Shown here in pieces: positions 22,164-34,607 of a stretch of DNA of 64,000 nucleotides. The stretch's first letter is position 1, and the number at the start of each line of letters is the position of its first letter. The notes under the pieces were generated by a model. It was not told the origin of the DNA. It was given only the letters and a program-made list of their open reading frames with translations, and did no database searches. Position numbers and translations under genes: made by a program. This stretch comes from Microbotryum violaceum (Eukaryota). Location of the stretch: assembly GCA_001244265.2 (NCBI GenBank), contig CDLV01000005.1:2604001-2668000 (forward strand). Direction: 5' to 3'.

Positions 22164-23388
22164 ATGTTCGCCTTCATGAGCACCTTCATCACGATCGCGG
22201 CCTCAGTTGCCCTTGCCCAAGATAAACATGACCAAGGTTATTTCGCACCGATCTCCAAAGGTGGGGACGATGCTAGCATGTCTCCGATTGCCAAGCCTGG
22301 TCAATGGTCCAACTATGGTACGTCCCACCACCGATCGACTTACCTCCCTCGCCCCGCAGTCGCGCTGACCACCGCCTACTGTCGCCTCGTGCGACGTAGA
22401 CCGTCTCATCATCGCTCATGCTCTACTCGCAATAATCACGTTTTAGATCGTTGTCCCCGTCGCGGCACTCGTCGCTCGGTTCGGTCGTGATACGCCTGGG
22501 TGGATCAAGTACCATCGTAGGCTTCAGGTAGGTCAAGGGAGCAAGCTCGGACGAGTCTTGGATGTGGCGCTCCACACTGAGGGATCAAGCCAGCTCCGAC
22601 TAGGGTTGCTGATCGATACTAAATCAATCTGGTATTTTCATTGGTGTGTAGGGATTCTGGACTGTTCCCGCCACGATCGCGATCGGTGAGTGCCGCCACT
22701 TGAAAGCGCAGCTGCAATTCGAGCCACAATTTGCTGACGATTCTTCGTTCCGAGCGACTTTAGCTATCCTCGGACTCACTGCGGCTGGTATCAACGGTAG
22801 CATCTTCAAGGCCGGAGATATACATCAGGTGAGAATTTGGAAACGAAGAGCTTCAGAGTACAAGTGGCTCGAGCTGACGCAACGCGCCCCTGTCATTTCG
22901 CTCTGCCTTCGTTCTGGGAGCTCTTAGATCGTCGGCATCGTCCTCCTCTTCCTCGTGCTCGGTTAAGCGCTGGGCGGACACGTGGCCGAGAAGGCGCCCA
23001 TCCGCCGCCACCCTGACGTCAACGCTCGCCCGGCGACTCGCATCCTCCACCCCACCCCATCTTGGGTGTGGTCACCGCTCTCATCTCGTGGGTGCAGATC
23101 CGTCTCGGCATGAACGAGAACGGCTACCACAGCTGTCTGCTCGACGTACTCAACATCGTGTAGGTCCAGGCCGCACACAATGATTTAGCGAGATCACCCA
23201 GTTGGGGCACTCTTGACTGATTCCGTTCTTTTGCTTACCGTCTTCAAAGCTTCGTTGGAGGATTCTTGCTGGTGTACGCCTACGGCCTAGCTGCCCTTGT
23301 CGTCGAGCGCAATGCCGCCGGCCGTTCATGGTTCGACTCGATCTTTGGTCTCGGACGTGCTGCGGCTTCCCGCCCACCTCAAATCTGA
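22164..23388 (+). pseudogene. Cytochrome b561-type membrane protein pseudogene (paralog of the two DOMON-b561 genes, lacking DOMON)
   Basis: Signal peptide, then DRLIIAHALLAIITF*IVVPVAALVARFGRDTPGWIKYHRRLQ | GFWTVPATI.. | IHQ | IVGIVLLFLVLG*ALGGHVA..ILHP/ILG..WVQIRLG..GRSWFDSIFGLGR. In-frame TAG at 22444, TAA at 22964, and a 5-nt ACCCC duplication at ~23054. Confidence 0.8.
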
Positions 23389-24651
23389 CCACCACCATAC
23401 GTCCGTCACGCCCATACGACTCCGCTGCTCGCGATCCGTCGGAAACGGCCGCGGGCCAATTGACTTTGGCAACGCTCTCCTTTCGGATCACCGGTCACGT
23501 GACCCTAGCTTGTCCCGAGTTCTCTCTGTGTTCCTGCAACTTTTTGCCAGTAAATAATTTCCTGTGATTGATTCGTGTACATATTCGACTTGGTGTAAGT
23601 GGTCAGAGCAGGGAAAATCCTTTATCTCCGCTTCGCAGACTCAACCATAGGCTCTGAGTCCACTTGGCAGCATCATGCCAATTGTGAGGCGCGTGACCTT
23701 GGCGCCGCGAGCCAAACACCGACCAGACTCCGACCAGCGAATCAGAGAGAATCAGAGCGAATCGGACGCGACTACCGTGTTCCGAGTCCAAAAGGTCGCG
23801 GCTTCCTTTCTGCACCATCCCCCTTCCCTCTGGAGCCTTCACGAACGGCATAGACTTCGTAGATCGTAGTCTCGCCTGGGTCGTATTGGACTGCACTTAG
23901 GCTCTCCCAAGCTTCGACACTGCAAGGCCCGGAGCCCTGCCGGCCCGTCGGAACTCTCCGCCAGATACCGACTGCTGGAACGCTCAGGCGCGCGAACGAC
24001 GTTGCAGCTCGGCGAGGAGACCCGTGCTTAGTAGCTCCTTCCCTCGCGATCCGGCAGTTGGTCGTTCGTTTCAACTTTGTGCCTCTCCTCTCCTGGTCCT
24101 CACTTTATTTTTCGCTCGCTGGTCGATCAACGCACTCCGTCTAGGCATCGCAAGTTCACGCGCAACTGGTTCGACTTCTCCTTTTCAAACGCGTCGGCCC
24201 AAGTCGTCTCCGAGGAGGTGCACCAACTGCTTCGCTTCCCGCGTGGCCGCATTTCCGACGTGGTCGTCCGCCGGTTTGAGACGCTGCTGTCAGACGCTAC
24301 CTCCTCTTTCCCTCTACGCTCACTTCTACGAGGCGCACCCCATCGATCACCCTTTGCCTCTTTGTTCATCCACTGTACCGTAAGTTGAATCCCCCAGTGC
24401 TAAGTCCCAGGTCACTACATCGAGACATTTGGCGGGGTATCAGCCAACGGCACGTGACTTGCTCGTCAACCGGCAGTCGCAGGCTCGCTCGAACGGGCCG
24501 GGCCCCCTCTCTGCGCAATTGCGACAGACGAACGAAGCACCTCCGAATAGCCGTCGTCGCCAAGGAGCACTAGACCACGCAACCGGTTGGATTCCAAGCT
24601 CACCTCATTATCTGTTTCATTCTTGACAGATTCCACACTGCCTGACTCGTC

Positions 24652-26592
24652 ATGCGCCTAGTCTTTCATCCTCTCCTCGTCTTGGGCCTCCTATTCGGAT
24701 CCGTCATCGCCGCGAGGGACGTCCAGATCCAGCAACTCGTCTCTCTTCTGGCACCCGCGGACCCCTCGACAATCCAAGGCACCTCCACGACCGTCCCCGG
24801 CTTCACGCTCGATGTCTTGACCAACTCATCTCATGCGCTTTTTGCGTTCACCGTCCTGAAAAGCAGGGATGCGATCGGATGGATCTCCCTGGTGAGTTGC
24901 GATGCGCTCCTGTGCGAGACGCGACTCCCGATCAGCCGGAACATCCCTTTGCTGACACAAGAAGCGACCAACGCGTTTGCCTCTGCTGTTTTGCGGAGGC
25001 TCTTCTTGTAGGGATTCGGCACAGTCATGGCTGATTCGGCGATGGTCATCCTTTGGCCGAACGAGGCCTACACCGCGTGGCAACTCTCGGCTCGCAGCGT
25101 GGTAGGCCACATGATGCCGCTCGCCTCAAGGGCGAACTGGAGCGACGTCTATTCGCAAGCGAGGTCCTACGATGCCCTGGAAATCCGAACGAGTTGCACG
25201 GCGACCTTTATCCGGCCCCTCGAGTTCCCTTCCGATCAAACCATCTATCCCGCTCCCCAAGCGAAGCACCTTGGCATATCGAGATCAAACACACAGCAAC
25301 CTTTCATTTGGGCCTCCGCATCGGATCGACCTGATTCGGATGATCTTGCCTCGCAGCTCGATGTGGGTCAGGGGCGGGATAGAGCAGGTCTGGAGCTTTT
25401 GGCTTACTTCGCGGTCATCCTGTTCTCACAGAAACATGACATAGGTATGTTTGGATCGTTCACGCTCGACATGACCAAGCCCTACGTCTCCTTGTCGTCT
25501 GCGCCAGCGTCTGGTTCGGCCAGCTCGGATATGGTGCGTGCGAGCAAGCGTTCTTGAAGCTCAGGGTGGAATAATCCGTTGTCTGACGCGTAACCTCTTG
25601 TGGTTCCAACAGAAGAGCAAGATCATCGTAGCGCATGCGGCCCTCGGCGTCGTGGTCTGGATGATATTGGCCCCGATGGGGGTCCTGATTGGTCGCTACT
25701 GTCGAGCCAATCCTTCTTGGTATCTGTGGCATTCGACAATCCAGGTAGGCAACTCCGACCATCTGCTGCCGACGGTGTCTGCGACCGGGTGCTAACCCAG
25801 CCTCTTTACCCATCACGTCTTCATAGGGATACGTCGTCGTCCCGGCCACAATCTTAATTTTTTCATTCGGTTTCTACGCATCTCAAGGCGGAGATGGCAG
25901 GCCCGTCTTCACGGCCCACGAGGTGAGTCGAGCGCACACCAAGTATATGTCTTTTCAAGTTCCTGTCTCACCCGTGTTCGCTCCACTCTCATCAGGCCTT
26001 TGGCATCATTCTGCTCATCGCTGTATTGGCCCAGGCCACACTCGGTCATATTGCTCATCGAACTCCCGCCGTAGGATCCCTCACATCTCTGGGAGATGAG
26101 CGTACTACGAACCGGTCACCCAGTCGAGCCGTTCACATCCTACTGGGTTGCTTCACCATGCTCATCGCCATCATCCAAGTCCAACTCGGTCTCAAGCTTT
26201 ACTCCGGCGCTCGTCTAAGCTTCACCTACACCGTTCTCGCGGTCCTATTCCTCATCATCTTCCTGACGCTCTACCTCGGTTCACTTGTATGTCTCTTCTT
26301 TACCCGCGCAAGGGAAGGTCGTTCATGGCCCCAAGCGCTATTCGGTCTCGGTCGAAGCGGTGCGAGTCCCCCACGAGCAAAGTACTCGTACAGAAATCCA
26401 GGGGCGCCCAATGTTGCGACCAAGGCGCCTTCCATCGTCATTGATGGAGCCGCGATTCGAGGCGCCAACGAGGGCACTTCTCGAAGGGATGATACGATAA
26501 CTTTGCCTCGTGCTTCGACCCCGAGGAGGAGGAGCTTCCAAGCTGACCCGGCGGAGAGGGACGACGAGGAAAGCAAAGTCGTCAAATGCTAA
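24652..26592 (+). CDS. Signal peptide + DOMON/CDH-type cytochrome domain + cytochrome b561/ferric-reductase-like TM domain (copy 2, intact)
   Basis: IGWISL|GFGTVMADSAMVILWP; KHD; KIIVAHAALGVVVWMILAPMGVLIGRY; WYLWHSTIQ; TAHE; RAVHILLG; EGRSWPQALFGLGR. All exons join in frame. Confidence 0.85.
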
Positions 26593-27743
26593 GGGCTTGA
26601 CATTGAGCACAACGCAATCAGTAGTCCTCCTCTTCCCGACTTGGTGGACGTTTCCCCTCCGTCCTGCATGTACACGTCCCTCCCGCTCGCAATTTGCACA
26701 TCCTCAATACCGACTCCGTAGCCCAGTAGCTTACATCAGCGCTGCTAATCGTTCGCCACCTTCTCTCGATCCAGTCTCTTCTTTGCTGCCTTGTCTTCTG
26801 TACCCCCCCGTAATTGCTCCATACGACCTAGAATTGACAATGCAGTGCGCCGCAAAGGCAAAGAACCCTCGCGTGTCGTCCTCGTCCCTCGATCCAGCAC
26901 GCTGACCATCTTCTTTGATAGCGACACCATTGTTATCAATCTGGAGAAAGAGCGGGAACGGTTACCACGCGAATACCACCCCGGTGAGGCACACGTCGGC
27001 CACCGGTTAAAGGGCGTTCGGCGGCGGCGGGTATGTTGATTTCGAGCCGACGGATCATCTTGAGACCGACTCGAGGGAAGAAATACTCTGGGTTATCACG
27101 GAAGAGAACGTAAAGCCTAGTCGAGATATTCATTCGATGAGGAAGGAGAGGACTTGTCAGCTACGTTTTCAGAGGGAAAGCGGCCGCTTTCCCTGAGCCA
27201 TCATGGCGCACCGAGGTTGTGGTGATGCCGCCGTTGACGACTCGGAGAGTCGAGTTCGCAGTAATGTGGCGGCGTTTGTATCGCTGACTGTACGAGAGAG
27301 CGTTCTCTATAAGTGCACTCGCCTCGACTAGCCTACTTGGTCCAAGGAGTGCGCCAGCCGTTGACACGAGTGGGAAACCTCGGAGAAGATTCTGTTGCGA
27401 CATGGTGGAGCGAATTGGGGGTCTGAACGACTCGTGGGGTAGTTAGTAACCCGGAGTAGGGCGGCAGGATATCCCGATGAAGGTTAGTAGAGAAGGAGGT
27501 AGAAGAAAGAGGTGAAACAGCTGCGAGTTGGGTGTCATCGGTACATGTCCAAAGAGGCCCTCCGTCCGAAAATGATTTGACGGTCGACCTCGCAAATTGT
27601 GGCCGGGACGAGCCGAGCCCCGGAGGCAGAGTTGCCGAGGTCTCACACCAAGCGTTTACCTTTCCCAAACCTTTAGCAAAATGGGAATTCCGCAGGCTTT
27701 GCTGCTGGCGCCCGCTATCGCTGCCTACGGTGCCGATGTCCTA

Positions 27744-28253
27744 CTCATCAGGAACTTTACCACTTGCCGGTGCGCGGCTAAATCTGTCTAGATGACTTTA
27801 CCGTCTGAATCGTTCTGAATCGTTCTGAATCGTTCTGGATTGTGTCTAGATCCACCACTTCGTCACACTGAAGTAGCAACTTGTGCAATGAATTGTTCTC
27901 GCTGTCACGGACTTATACACACTAGTCAGAGTCTTGTACCACACGGTAGGTAGTAGTGCTCACATCTTGATGTAATCATTGCAAACACAGCCATAAGTTT
28001 TATCCAGCGAAGCTGGAAATGCTCTGGAAATGCTCTGAAATGCACTGGAAATGCTCTCGAAATGCTCTCGAAATGCTCTCGAAGCTCTGGAAGCTCTGGA
28101 AGCGCACTGTGTCTGGATTTCCAGACAAAATCTAGAGCAATCTAGCAGCGCAGGGCTGAAAGCGCTTTACGCGCTTTACGCCTGAATTGTTCTAGATCGG
28201 CTCTGAATTGCTCTAGATTGTTCTGAAGCGCGCGTGGTAAAGTTCCTGATTAG
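27744..28253. mobile_element. 510-bp MITE, Tc1/mariner-type (TA target duplication)
   Basis: TA-CTCATCAGGAACTTTACCAC ... GTGGTAAAGTTCCTGATTAG-TA (20-bp TIR, 1 mismatch). Internal tandem arrays (CTGAATCGTT)n, (CTGGAAATGCT)n and repeated TCTAGA. Non-coding. Confidence 0.8.
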
Positions 28254-29028
28254 TACGATACCGGGATAGCTTCAAGGCACGTCATAAGACCCTCCATGCA
28301 CGAGGTTCCGATCGGCCTCGACGTAGTGTATACCTCCGGGCATGGGTATGGAACGCAGCGCAGATTCTGTAGGGTATATTTGAATTTGATGCCGACGAGG
28401 CCGCCTATTCGAAGATTCCGTTCAGACAGCTGCCACCCTACTTGATGAGTGAGATCGGTGACTAGATGCACAACACCGTTTCAAGATATGTACCAACCAT
28501 CTTTTTTATGAATGCGTCTGAAAGAAAATGGTATGCTCGATTAGAAGCATTAATATGTAACGAGGCGCGCCCGCGCTCAGACCCCGGTTCGGTCAGATGT
28601 CGCCAATCGCGCCTTTTGATACGAAGGTCTGGGACTCGCGGCACTCGCTGTAAACAAAGGAAAGACAGGCGTTTTGTTGAGATCGTGTGTTTCCTGCGCA
28701 CTCGGCGCTAAATTGTAGCTAGGAGGGAACCTAAACTCGTTCCGTTGTATGTAGTCCAAATTCCGATCCCCATTCTCAGTCTAATCGAACTTAAACGCAG
28801 GTCTGTGCATTTCACTATGCTACAAGGGGAAATAAATTAAGTACCGGTACCTCTGTACCCTGGAGACTAGTTGAATTATATTCGCGTGCAGAAGAAATGG
28901 GATTCGTATATCGGGAAGGAAACGACGATGTAAACCTGCAGCGGTACTGTGGCAACATGCAACCGTGGGTATTGATTGAACAACTTGAACGTGGCTTCGC
29001 CGCCAGCCGCAATTCCGCTCCGATCACC

Positions 29029-30068
29029 TCAGCGACGCATACTCCCAACTTGCGACTGCAGCACCGTCTGTCGACGAAGTTGCGCCATATCCCTCAAGAC
29101 GACCGGCTCGGGAGTCATGACCGGGTTGTTGCGGCTGGCTCGCTCGTAATCTGCGGAACCGGCGAAGCGCTCCTCAGTGACCGTCGACGCGCCGTTCTGA
29201 TCCGACTGCACCGAGATGTCTGACGACCCGAGGAGGACGGTAGCATCGGCTTGACGAGCATCTGATCTCAACACGTGGCCATATCCAGGTAGTTCAATGT
29301 CGATGGCGTAACTTGGCAGGCCGTCCTTTTCTTCTTGTGCTCCAGGGCGGGACTCGCCGTCCGACACATCATCCTCGTCCCTCGATCCCGCGCGCCGGCC
29401 CCCTTCCTCGATCTCTGCGCCGTTTGTATCGTGACCTTGGCGACGATCTCGGAACACAGAGAGCAAATCTCGCGAGTATCGTGGCGGGGGCCCGCTTGGA
29501 AGTCGTTCGGCTATTGGGGCGATGTTGATGCCGAGCCATCGGACCTTGAGACCGGCGCGAGGGAGGAAGAGGTCTCGGACTGCCCCGGGGTTTCTCTGCA
29601 TGAAAAAGTAGCCTCTGGTGGAGTAAACAACGAAGGGAAGGCCGATTTTGGTCAGTCATGTACGCTCCGGAGTGTAATGCTATCTGAGCTCGCAGGCAGC
29701 TCTCGCCCCATTCTTGGCATGGGACACACGCCCACATCGGGTTCACCCCTGATCTCAAACGAGTCAACTCACTTGACGACCAGCATAACAACAATGAAGC
29801 AACCCACCACGGTGGGAAGTATAAACTTCATCAATGAGAGAGACGGCCCGCTTAGACCAATGTTCAGTGGTATGTTGTCCCCTGTTGTGGTGTTCGTGCC
29901 GTTGGTGGACGTCGAGTCTGCCGCAACGTCGGTCAGATTGTGTCGCTGGCGAAATCGGAGAGCTTTCTCCGCGACTGGATTGACTTGCGCCCCCACTTGG
30001 AACACAAAGAGTGGAGCTGCAACGGTGACGAGCAGAAGGGATTGGAGCGCGTGCGGGCGCGGAGACAT
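29029..30068 (-). CDS. Single-pass type I membrane protein with cytoplasmic PY motifs (paralog A)
   Basis: Signal peptide; short N-glycosylatable ectodomain (NLT, NGT, NTT); TM FILPTVVGCFIVVMLVV; phase-2 intron; tail with PPPRY, LPSY, LPGY. Confidence 0.75.
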
Positions 30069-31290
30069 AGTTGAGCGATTCGGCTCGCGCAAGGGGACAA
30101 ATTCCTTGGCGGCGGTGCTCGGAAAGGCGAATGAAGCTGCGACTAGAAGTGGGAGAGGTCGAGTACACCAACAAGCTGGCGAGGAGTCTGACGGTACAGG
30201 GAGTGAGAGAAGGAAGAACCAGCATTGATTGCATCGGCAAGTATCGAGTTCTCGCCTAGTCGCAGGAACTATCGGCGAGTCGGTGTAAGATTTCAGGAAA
30301 ACCCATCCGGGCCAAATTCGCGAGGCCGTCCTCGGACAATAAGCAGCCCTGCAATCTGCAATCCCGGGCCAAAGCCAATTCCTCGAGCGATGACTCGGCG
30401 GTACTTGCCTATTTTAGTACGTACGTTGTCGATTAACAAGTCATCTGATCTACATCTACATAGAAGATTTGATAGGTTACATTGCACAGGTCAATGGCGG
30501 TTTCTACGAATGGGAACCATTACGGCAGATTCTGCCCGATTCGGACTCCATCTCGCCGATCACCGCTTCGGCACGGCTGTGCCGGAAATCGCTCGGATAC
30601 GCTGTACGTACATTACGTGCGCCGATGACCAAACCAGGAGTGGGCGCTTGCTTTGATACGAAAGTTAATACACCTAGAGCCATAAGTCTACCTCGAAGCA
30701 TTAGCACCCTGAGAGGCGTTCATAAATCCCCGGCGGTTAGAAATAATCCTCTCCCTCAGCTTTAATTGAGGGCTTTGGCAATGCCCGTAAAAGGCAGGAG
30801 GCCACGCACTGCTCGCAGCGTCCCCCACAGCCGAGGCCGCTTGCGGTTCCAATTCCACCACAGCAATTCCTCTACGGGATCCTGCTTGTCTACTGCCCGA
30901 AATTCGACGTAAGTCCAAAGGTCAATCACTTCCAGAAATACAACGAGTGGGAAATCGTAGACCACTCGAATCCCAGTTGCTCGTAAAGCCTTCTAAACCC
31001 TTCTCAGCGAACCCGAAGACGATGGTGGGGCTCCACCGGTCGAGAACGAGAGCTCCGAGAGCGTCACGATGGTAGTATAGTGTGCTATCCAGCAGTGTAA
31101 CTATTGCTACATCAACAGGGAGACCAGATTTGATCATCGAATGAAAGAAACAATGCGAAAGCCCCCTGCAGCGTTCCAGTGATCCAGGTTCGAGTTTTGG
31201 GCGTGGTGTGGACTGCGATTCCATCGAGCCAACGCCGCCCACAGCCGAGTACACGGTTTTGCTAAAACGTCAAGTTCATCCTAACATAGA

Positions 31291-32664
31291 TCACGAGCTT
31301 GCACCGGCGCGATTTGACGAGGGTCGCTCTTCACGCACTCGCAATGATGTCGCCGGCACAACCCACGAAGCGTGATTCCAGGCCGCCCGTGGCCAAGAGT
31401 CGTTGCGGATCTGTGATATCTCCCGAGTGATGACCCGTTCGGGGGCCTGGGGCGCGTTTCTGATGGTTTGTTCGTACTCTCTAGAGCTCATGATGGCTTC
31501 CGTTCTGCTTAAATCGTCCGCAGTCGATGCCTCAGAACCCGACGAGCCAACGTATGCTTGTCGTTCGAGGCCGTTTGCGCGCACCACCCCAGGTGCCAGG
31601 CCGTGCGAGTAGCCAGGTAGATCGACATCGACGGCGTATCTCGGCAGCCCTTCCTTCTCTTCTCGCACTTCGCCGAGCGATTCACCATCCCAGATGTCAT
31701 CCTCGTCCCTGGAACCTACACGCTGACCACCTTCCTCGATCGCGACGCCGTTCGTGTCGTGCCCTCGTCGCGGCGATCGGAAGACGGCGTGGAAGCCGCG
31801 CGAATAGCCTGGTGGGGGTCCGGTGGGGGCTCGAGGAGTGGCCGGTGCAATGTTGATGTTGAGATAGCGAATCTTGAGCCCGGAGCTAGGGATGAAGAAG
31901 GAGCGGAATGAGAGTGAATAGTTGCGTTGCACGCGCCATAGCCTGTTTCGCGGGGACGAAGAAGATACATGAAGAGGATGGACATGAAGATCAGCTTATC
32001 TTCTGCAGAGAGGCCGGGTCCGAGACGGATAAACCCATGAAAGCGATGTTCGTCACCCCCTGACCCGTTCGGCTGACAGCCGACTAGGGCGCTGAACCGA
32101 AGGCAAGCCGGTTCGTGAAATAGGGGCCCCGTAGTTGTTGCGCGGTTAAACTGCGGTTCTACCTCGGCTGACGCCACTAAGGGCGAGGGCGAGCTGAAGC
32201 GAGTCGAAGAAGACTCACCGCAGAAAGAAGAGACCGAGTACGAGTGACCCGATCAAGACGCTGATGATGGTTGTGACCATCGAGCCGCCACCCCTTGCTC
32301 TCTCTCGGGCGAGCCGAATCTCACTTTGGTCGAGCGTCGATTCACCGCGCCAAGGCCCTCGCGCTTGCGATGTGGTCGTCGTCGCGGAAGCGGTCGCCGC
32401 AGTCGCCGAGATCCAGGTGCCCGAGCCCGTGGGAAGAGAGGTCGTGTACGACGAAGAGTCCTGCGTAGGTATGACGATGATGCTGAGGGTGCTCGAAGCC
32501 GTCGGTTGGAGTTGACGAGGTCGCATGTTCGCCTGGGCGCGGGCCAGTGGTAGAGGGGAAGCGCGCGCGATGGTCGAAGTCATTCGGAGGAGAAGCGGCT
32601 GCGCGAACGTCGTCGCCACGAGCAGCAGCAGCAGCTGGTAGAGGAGTCCTTGGGTGGTTGTCAT
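31291..32664 (-). CDS. Single-pass type I membrane protein with cytoplasmic PY motifs (paralog B)
   Basis: Signal peptide; S/T-rich ectodomain; TM IISVLIGSLVLGLFFL; same phase-2 intron; tail with PPPGY, LPRY, LPGY and the GHDTNG..IEEGG..GSRDEDD block shared with paralog A. Confidence 0.75.
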
Positions 32665-33499
32665 GATCTTTGGCTCAGAGCACCACCGTCTGAAAAAAGG
32701 GCCACAGCAGTGATGGGAGAACGGTCGAGACGCGGAGCTCGGTGAGGGATGATGGGGATGGGTGAGGAGATGAAGCGTCATGTACCGGACCTTTAGTCGA
32801 GGTGCTACCCCGGGCAAACTCTTGTGGGGGAGGATTACACGAAGATCTCCTGGAGACTGCCCGCCGAGCATCGCCGAAACGCCAAGACAAACTGACCGGC
32901 CGCGCCTGGACGCTCCTGCCCCAGCCTTGTATGGCCCAGCGGCCCCGTCTCAGGAATATAGAGCAGTGAAGAGAGCATCAAGTCCAAGACTTTGAAGCGC
33001 CGTCATACTAATTCACGACAGGTTTTATGAGTCGCGGGATCGGTCCCTGGATCTCGCACCCTCGAGTCGGTACCTGTCATCAGCGAACCTGCAGGACCCT
33101 TTCACCTCTGCAAGCCATTGGACTCGAAACAGAGTCTTCAAATCGCAGATTCTTTTCGCCGGCCACCGTCCGACCGGCGATAGATGGGGTTTAGTCGGGT
33201 CGGTTTACTGCTGCTTACCACCCCCAATCGACTCGTACTCCAATATCTGGGTGTCATGCTCGCACTCGGTCGACTGTAATTTTTCACCGCTGAGTGGAGA
33301 TCGGTGTGTGTTCGTCACGATCGCTGATGCTTATTCGCACGTGCTGGATAATGAGCGGCTGAAATTGACGCGCGCGCGAAGGCCCCCGGTGTCCACACGT
33401 GCTTCGTGGCTCTGCGAGGCCCCACATCCTCCCGCTACACACCACTATCTCATCGCCACACCAATCTTCGACCAACCTTCGACCAATTCCATCTGCTGA

Positions 33500-34167
33500 A
33501 TGCTCAAGAGTCTGATGGGACTTTTCTCGAAAGCTTCCTCATCGGCCGGCGCCAGCAGCAGTGCCCCACCGACTTACGTCTACAAGCTTGTCACGCATCC
33601 GACCGTGAACCAACGCTATGCATTCCCGATCCCAATTCCAGCTTCTCACGAGTTTGCTATCTCTGAATTGGATGCCAAGGCGAGTGGTGTGATTGCTAAC
33701 ATTGAACGAATCTTCCCTGAGCGATAGGCCGACGCGGTCAACGACGTCATCGCTCCGCTCACTGCATGGGTTGTATTCTGCGAAACAGGACGGCTTCATC
33801 CATCTCTCAATGGCCGACCAAGTTCAAGGCACATTGGAAAGGTTCTTCCCTCAAGACCAGATCGTGACATTGCTCAAAGTCGACTTTGGGAGATTGGCCG
33901 GGTTCAAGGTTGTCAAATGGGAGAAGGCGTCGAATGGCCAAGGTAAGTTTTACCTTCAAGAAATTGTTTATCCTTCGATGTAACGTCCTTGGTATTGGAA
34001 TGATATTACCACCTTGACCCCCGACAGAGTACCCGCATTTGTATGCGGTCAGCCTCGAAGGCGAATACATCGACAGCTTCCGGGAGTTGGCGCGCGGCGA
34101 TGAGGGGAGACAGCCCTGGGCTGAGGTGATCGAGAAGGCGCGACGGGAAGGGTGGCTACAGCATTGA
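33500..34167 (+). CDS. DUF952 family protein (3 exons; first intron GC-AG)
   Basis: YVYKL..SELDAK|DGFIHLSMADQVQGTLERFF..LLKVD..VKWE..|EYPHLY. Confidence 0.85.
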
Positions 34168-34521
34168 GCAACGTACGACTGCTTCAAGTAAGGCCGTGAC
34201 TTTCCAGGCTAGATGGATCAAAGAAGAAATGACCGTCATCTTGGAGGAACCACCAGTAGTGTCGTAACTTTCTCCACAGAAGTGGTATGCTTCCGAAGCC
34301 ACCCCAAGTTGGCATCAGCTTCACGCTTTGCACACTATGAAGATACACGGTCGAGTAGACAACAAATCGAATCTAGACTTTGCAGAATACTCGAATGGGA
34401 GTGCAAGTCCGAACAAGGCCGGGTACTGAACAACGTGACTACTCTACCGTAAAACAACATGAGAGAGGAAAGCAGGGGGTGAAAGACAACAACTGAGTGA
34501 TGAGAGGATCTGATCTGTTGT

Positions 34522-34591
34522 GGAACAAGAACAAGAACAGGAACAGGAACAGGAACAGGAACAGGAACAAGAACAGGAACAGGAACAGGAA
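34522..34591. repeat. (GAACAA/GAACAG)n hexamer microsatellite in the 3' region of the convergent gene
   Basis: Read directly from the sequence. Confidence 0.95.
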
Positions 34592-34607
34592 GGCTGATGA
34601 ATGTGGA

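Noticed and set aside
22444..22966. TAG/TAA at probable Gln positions suggesting TAR=Gln recoding or editing
   Set aside because: The same gene also has a 5-nt frameshift. Conserved genes here terminate normally at TAA (COG2, MBOAT, MFS) and TAG (NOL8-like, lipase) and have no internal TAR.
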